A stretch of 64,000 nt of DNA from Chrysomallon squamiferum (taxonomy: Eukaryota > Animalia > Mollusca), in contig CM022671.1 of NCBI GenBank assembly GCA_012295275.1, forward strand, positions 32,302,001-32,366,000, given 5' to 3'. The notes beneath the pieces were generated by a model. The model was given only the letters and a program-made list of their open reading frames with translations. It had not been told where the DNA came from and searched no databases. Within the stretch, counting starts at the first letter, position 1, and every line of letters starts with the position of its first letter. Made by a program: the position numbers and the translations under genes. Shown in pieces: positions 57,267 through 64,000 of the stretch.

Positions 57267-58219
57267 CTGAAATAAAAAGGAATTAATCAAAGAGTATTCG
57301 TTTAATAACACCTCAGCGCGTTTTAACATAAATATAAACACTGGTCCCTGAGCTTTATATAGAAGAATCCTTCAGCAGCCGTGCAGAGATCCGCTTTTAA
57401 CGATTAGAATGAATCAGGTGATAATTAGTGAAGAAATTTTCAGTAGGTTATATGTCATTCCTTATTCCGTGTTAGACCTAAGACTGTTCATAATGATAAT
57501 GTTAGAGAGAAAAAAAAAAAAAGTTCTCGCCGCCAATGCTTAACTATAGGTTAATGAAAAAAAAAAAAATATATATATATATATATATTTGTATGGAAAT
57601 TCTCGTAGACAGGAGATTTGGGTTGGGTTGGGAAATAAGCTCAATGAAGACACTGATAAGGGTCGATCGTGAGACCTATTACACATCAGACTATCTGACT
57701 GCTAGCGGTCTGTTCCCTCCCAGTCCAGTGAAATGAATGCAAAACAAACAGGTATCAGCGTCTTCTGTTTATAAAATAAACACCAAAAAAATCCTCAGGT
57801 CTGTTTTTCATAAATGCGTATATTCAGAAAGAAAATAATGGCCAAAGAGTAACCATGGCAATCTCGAAGATGGTTCTCAAAGATAGAAAAACATTGGCCG
57901 GAAATTGTGAATGTTATCAAAGACGATCATGGACTGGAGATAGAAATGTTTTCAGTGGTCAGAGTGGGGACAGGGTGTAAATACCAGCGTGTTTGTGTTT
58001 ATACAAAACAAACGTCGACAGTTTGCTGTGGAAATGATCGATGTGGGTGTAGCCTATATGGGCATTCTTTGGCAGTATTCTATTTATTATTATTATTATT
58101 ATTTTAATTATTATTATTATTTGAATTATTATTACTGTAATTATTATTATTATTATTTATTTTCATTATCGTTGTCATTATTATTATTATTTATTATTAC
58201 TATTTTTTACTATTTTTTT

Positions 58220-58255
<36 letters not shown>

Positions 58256-58359
58256 GTTATCATTATTATTATCACAGAAGCGGGTACTGTGTATTACCAG
58301 TGATCGTCAGCTCACTAATATGGAGTTTTTCTCTGTTTTACTGGTATATTAAAACACAC

Positions 58360-58452
58360 CTTAGCGCTGTACTCAAACTGCCACTGTGGAGGTGTGGATG
58401 CGTTGTTCGCTTTGGGCAGATCCACTACGTAATTTTCATAATCAGTTGGAAA
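58360..58452 (-). CDS. SMPD1: Acid sphingomyelinase-like exon (FPTDYENYVVDLPKANNASTPPQWQFEYSAK)
   Basis: Acceptor tttttcag, donor AAG|GTGTGT, phase 0-0; WQFEYSAK motif. Confidence 0.9.
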
Positions 58453-58581
58453 CTGAAAAACAAAATAATTTTAGTTTTAGTTACTGTTAATAACAACTGT
58501 AAAAGCCATAAAAATACACATATACGTCTAACAGAATTTCTGGAAAATAATATAATACTTTCTGACAGTTGACGTCAGTAA

Positions 58582-58716
<135 letters not shown>

Positions 58717-58948
58717 ATGTGTATTGGCAAATTATAAAAATATTCTAACAACGGACCTAATGATATGCGAAAGAAAACCTGTTGCAGTCACTTGGTGGAC
58801 AGGAAAGTATATGTCCCCAGCCTTTAAAATCATGACTGCAGCACTATCAGGAATGGGAAAAAAGATTATTTAATGAAGTTTAACATATCCAGTGCATTTT
58901 ATATTACTATATTACTATCCACACAGAGCTTATAACATGAAAAATAGC

Positions 58949-58983
<35 letters not shown>

Positions 58984-59235
58984 TTGTTTTATAATAGTGA
59001 CGTGATTAAATGTCTATGTAATATGTCAGCTGAGAAATACTGTAGACGTTTGCGTATGCCCATACAGCAGGAAGACAGTATTATTAATTGTCGTCATTTC
59101 CACTATCTCATTATAACCACCATCGTCATCATCATCATCATCATCACCGTCATCATCGTCATCGTCATCATCAACATTAATTTCTTATTTCAATAAAATA
59201 TTCCAGCAACATTAATTACATTTCTAGTCACTTAC

Positions 59236-59428
59236 AAAGCTGCTGCCTTCATAAACACCTTCACTAGTGTAGATGCGATATCCGGGGTTTAAGTCTGTGT
59301 ACGGCGTCACACTTCCAGCAACGTAGCCGACGCTCGTTGGTCGCGTGAAGTTGACGTCGTCGTAAAACACAAAATAGAAGTCGTTGTGAGTATGTCCATA
59401 GAACTGGGCAACAATCGTACTTTCATAT
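59236..59428 (-). CDS. SMPD1: Acid sphingomyelinase-like exon with GHTH metal ligands (YESTIVAQFYGHTHNDF...LNPGYRIY)
   Basis: Acceptor ttttttcaag, donor GTAAGT, phase 2-0. Confidence 0.95.
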
Positions 59429-60613
59429 CTTGAAAAAATAAACCACAAGCAAGTAAATATAACTATTTTATGCTTATAAGTACTATGTTCGCTCTAATAT
59501 ACGTTCATACAGACGTACAGACGACATACATACACACACATACAATTTTTTTTTTTATGTTCGAGCACTCGCTGGCCTTACAAGACAGTGAACATTTATT
59601 TAGCCTGCAAACTAATAATAATAGATATTATTTAAACACAGTTTGTAATTTGAGCCTGGGAATATTAACGGTGAATCGTACTGATGGTAAAAGATTCATA
59701 ATGATAACAGAAATATGTAATTTGGGTTGCCGAACTATTCGGTCCAGAGTGCATTGAAAAAAAGAAAATATATTTAAAAAAAAGTTATGAGCTGCTGAGA
59801 AATAAGGAGCAAATCGGCGACGAAGTTTCCAATTCTCAAAGGAAAATTCTTTCTAATAATAAATTTTGAATTATCTCACAATTTTTCAAAAAATTTTAAT
59901 CTTCTTTTTTCTTTCTCTCTTTTTTTAAAACTAAACATAAAAATAGAACCAGCCATGAATTTCCAAGTTACTTCTCCCTAGGCACTTATATTTTCTTGTA
60001 GCTTTTGCCTTCGGGGACCAAACACTGACATCGAAAATATCTTTTATTAACTTTCAGTTTTTTTAATTCCAAATATCCTCCAGCCAGTGTCAGTGTCGTA
60101 AAGATGTTTCTAGAAGTCTTAGACTGTTTGACAAACATGGCGACGTTTCATATACTCGTTCTGGAAAGCCGGGATTAATCTAGCCCGTATCATCGCAAAA
60201 CACCGTCAAAGAAAGATTTAAACATTGATTAAACGTCCGTCTGTCTCTCTGATACTTAAACCCATCCATCTTTTAATTAGTTGTTCCTTTTGTATTATTG
60301 ATTCGCGCATCGATCCGAATGTTCGTCAGTTAGTTTAAAGATACATTTAAAAGCATTAACTGAGAACTGTGTATTATTCTGTTGTATTGTGCTATACGTC
60401 ACTGTATCAGACTGTATTACACTATATTGTTTTGTTTTGTAGTGTATGAACGTAGTGCTTGCGTGTGTATGTTTCTGTGTCTGAACTCTTGTGGAAAAGA
60501 TACGTAAATATATAAAATGTATGTATGTACGAGTGTACGTATGTATGTATGTACGTAAACATATGTGTATGTATGTATGTATGTATGTATGTTACTATTT
60601 TGATATATTTCAC

Positions 60614-60696
60614 CTGCTGACTATTTTATAATAATTCCAACTCCAAGCCTTCAAACACCGGTTAATACCTGGTGGTATGTGTGCAAGTATGTACAC
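60614..60696 (-). CDS. SMPD1: Acid sphingomyelinase-like exon (VYILAHIPPGINRCLKAWSWNYYKIVS)
   Basis: HIPPG motif; acceptor caattatag, donor AG|GTGAAA. Confidence 0.95.
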
Positions 60697-61031
60697 CTAT
60701 AATTGAAAAAAAAAATAATAATAATAATAAATAATAGTAGTAGTAGTAGTAGTAGTTGTTGTTGTTGTTGTAGTAGTAGTAATAGTATAATAGTAGTAGT
60801 AGTAGTGATAGTAGTATAATAGTAGTAGTAGTAGTGATAGTAGTATAATAGTAGTAGTAGTAGTGATAGTTACTACAGCTGTTACTGCAACTACTATTAT
60901 CATTATTACCCCTTATATTACTACTATTATTACAATTAATAGTACTACCACCACCATCACTACTATTATAGTAGTAGTAATAGTAATTATAGTAGTAGCA
61001 GTAGCAATAGTAGTAGTAGTAGTAGTAGTAA

Positions 61032-61073
<42 letters not shown>

Positions 61074-61093
61074 AAATTATTTATTTTGTTTAC

Positions 61094-61262
61094 TTTCTCG
61101 TGGTTGTTTTCGGCCTCCTGTAGAACTTGTATCAGCCACTGCAGCTGATCAGCGGGGTCCGTGGAATTCACCATCAACCACCAGTTGTTTTTGTTGCAGT
61201 AGTTGTTGTTCAGGGAGATGATACGTAGACCTTTGTACGGTGACACTGTGTAAAATGCACCC
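61094..61262 (-). CDS. SMPD1: Acid sphingomyelinase-like exon (GAFYTVSPYKGLRIISLNNNYC...DPADQLQWL...NHEK)
   Basis: Acceptor ttctgttcag, donor GTAAAC, phase 2-0. Confidence 0.95.
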
Positions 61263-61400
61263 CTGAACAGAAGATGAAGAAAGAAAAAGTAAAGAAACGT
61301 AGATCAAAGACCTTTTCTTTATATCAGTAAATATATTCACAAACATGCACACATGAACATGAAGAAATCGAGATAGAGAGAAGACAGGTAAAGAAATCGA

Positions 61401-61446
<46 letters not shown>

Positions 61447-61916
61447 GTTAATTTCCCAGTTTATTTACAAACAGATCTACTGCAAAATATAGAGAGAGAG
61501 AAAAAGAGAGAGAAGAGAGAGAGAGAGAGAAAGAAAGACTGAAAGAAGATCAAAGAAAGACTGAAAGAGAGACAGAGAGAAAGAGAAAGACAGAGAGAAA
61601 CAAACAGACAGATAGAAACATATAACAGATGGATAGATGCAAAATATTTTCTCCCAGTTTATTTACATCTACTTCCACACAAACATATAACTTCTTCCCA
61701 TTTCTTCTTCCTCGTCTCCTCGTCCCTTCCCTTCCTCTCTCTTATCGGCCAATAACTCGACATCAACTGCGGCTTGTTGATCATTGTGATACTCGTTAGC
61801 GCTTCCTGCATGGGGTGACATGCCCTGAGTCTCGCTCATTTATTTGTCACTTGACCACTGTTATGACAGAAACACGTGAAAACAATTTCCTAGTGCGATA
61901 TCGCTGCATCACTTAC

Positions 61917-62027
61917 TTGATAATTGTTTCATTAGCCTCGCGAGGAAGCCATTTCAACCAGCTCGATGCCAAAGCAGAATTCAGCCACTCGTTCGAGTTG
62001 TGGTCCGTGATAAACGGCGGAGGGAAA
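61917..62027 (-). CDS. SMPD1: Acid sphingomyelinase-like exon (FPPPFITDHNSNEWLNSALASSWLKWLPREANETII)
   Basis: Acceptor actttcag, donor AA|GTAAGT, phase 2-2. Confidence 0.93.
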
Positions 62028-63109
62028 CTGAAAGTGATAATAACGATAATAATAATAATAATAGTAATGATAATAGTAATAATAATAATGATAATAATAG
62101 TAATAATAATAGTAATGATAATAGTAATAATAATAATAATAATAGTAATGATAATAGTAATAATAATATTGATAGTAATAATAATGATAATAGCAAAATA
62201 ATAATAGTAATGAAAATGATAATGATAATATAATAGTAATAGTAATGATAATAATAAAACATTAATAATAATAACAACAACAACAATAACAACAATATTT
62301 TCAGCAAGAAGCAGATTATTCATTTATTTACAAAAAAAAATATCTTAATAAAAACGTATACAAATAACAAAATAAGTAAGTCCTCAAAAATGAAGGAGGC
62401 CGCCATTTTGCTTTCTTCCACTTTTTGTCCAAGACAAAATCGCGTATAAGTAAACAAGTAAAAGCTGATCTACGCACAGACCCACAGCCTTTGTCCTTGC
62501 TCTACTTACAGACAATGATACGTAAAGGTAAAAAAACAAAGTATCAGTAAATCACTGGCAGAGTAAATGTAAGTCGTAAGCTACAGCTTTTTATTTCTAA
62601 GTATATCATACACGGCAACACTGACATTATGTTTTCCATTAACGATGTAAATGAACAAACAAGTAAACTTCAAAAGTAGTTGTATTGCTTTTTGGTCTTA
62701 CAAATAAGAAATACATTTTGATGAATAAACTGGAAATTACAAATTTTCTTTTCTCATTTCTTTCTTTATTTCTTTATTGTCTTTTTTATTTTTATTTATT
62801 TATTTTTTTTTTTTTTTTTGTAAACACTAGATTAAAATAGTTAATAAGGATTAAATTAATATTTTTCATTATGGTTTTACAATTATACAATTATAACTAC
62901 CTGTGTATAATATTATAACTACATATATATGTAGCGCTATATTTTCCTGTCTGTAAAGTATATTGTCCTACATGTAACAGTATGTTTTCCTATCTATAAC
63001 AGTATTCTTTACCATATATAACAGTTTATTTTCCTATTTATAATATTTTCCTCTCTATGACAGTATGTTTTCCTAACTACAACAGTTTAATCTGTAACAG
63101 TGTATGTAC

Positions 63110-63279
63110 CTATCTACGGGTGAACTCTCGTGGTTGCCGACACAGTGGTAGACGGGTTTGTTAGGCAGGTACAGGTCGAACATGTGACTGAAGTATTCAA
63201 TGGCTTTTATTTGATCTTCTCGACTCTGATTCCACACGTTGTGTGCTGGGATGTCTCCAGTGAAAATTATAAAGTCAAA
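63110..63279 (-). CDS. SMPD1: Acid sphingomyelinase-like exon with TGD and GNHE motifs; earlier exons are not seen in the window
   Basis: FDFIIFTGDIPAHNVWNQSREDQ...VGNHESSPVD; acceptor attcctag, donor AG|GTACAT. Confidence 0.95.
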
Positions 63280-63342
63280 CTAGGAATATAGTAATAATAA
63301 TAATAATATAAGCAATAATAATAATAATAATAATAATAGTAA

Positions 63343-63384
<42 letters not shown>

Positions 63385-63664
63385 GTAATTATGAAAATAA
63401 TAATGATGATGATGATGGTCAAACTAGAAATATAATAATAATAATGACAATGATGATGATGATAATGATGAAGTAAAATGCCACCTTCGTTTTCCTTTTT
63501 GTATCATCTGTATTATTTTCTTCATTCTCATCATAACGATTATTATCATCAAATTATCATTATTATCAATTGATTAGCATCATTCATATCAATGACATCA
63601 TATTATTTTATTATCATATTATATATTCATCGTCATTATTATTATTATATTTCTTACTATTATT

Positions 63665-63701
<37 letters not shown>

Positions 63702-64000
63702 TGCTGTTATTGTCGTAATTATTATAATTAACATCATCATCATAATCATAATTATCACCCATTATCTCAATGATTTTTTTTCTCCTCTCAATAATAAATT
63801 CTCCGCCCAAGGCATTTAGTTAATTTTCTTGAATCGCCTCTTCAGAGATTAATAAACCCATGTCGTTTGGTACACAACACAGTAATTTGTTTTAATGACT
63901 GATCCTTCATGATTTCCGACTTTTTCCTTCACTGACTTTTTCACTGCATTAAGAATAACACAATGTAAAAAGGCTGAGCAATTAAGTTTAAGTGGAGAAT

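Noticed and set aside
62399-62410. YY1 consensus gccgccattttg in an SMPD1 intron
   Set aside because: A single short motif with no supporting promoter context.

Overview
AT-rich, microsatellite-dense animal genomic DNA with spliceosomal GT-AG introns; a mollusc or other lophotrochozoan is inferred but not proven. Most six-frame ORFs are simple-repeat artefacts. The genes were rebuilt by hand from splice sites and reading phase. (1) Two tandem paralogues on the minus strand (2514-6133 and 8612-11674) encode a small secreted protein I do not recognise: signal peptide, Thr/Pro-rich linker, 6-Cys domain C-x9-C-x4-C-x15-CC-x8-C and a Tyr-rich tail. The signal-peptide exon plus TATA-like element is tandemly amplified (4 and 2 copies), and the Cys domain has diverged almost entirely by replacement changes. 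(2) An adjacent 4-exon, 225-aa secreted DsbA/Thioredoxin_4-like CxxS protein (12631-19228, minus), whose exon-less remnants flank the peptide genes. (3) A GPR161-like class A GPCR with an intronless CDS (47821-49119, plus). (4) The last 8 coding exons of an acid sphingomyelinase (SMPD1-like; 54503-63279, minus). The window also contains minisatellites, dispersed repeats and one probable assembly-consensus artefact. The best candidate for a new system is the rapidly diversifying disulfide-rich peptide cluster beside a secreted thiol oxidoreductase.
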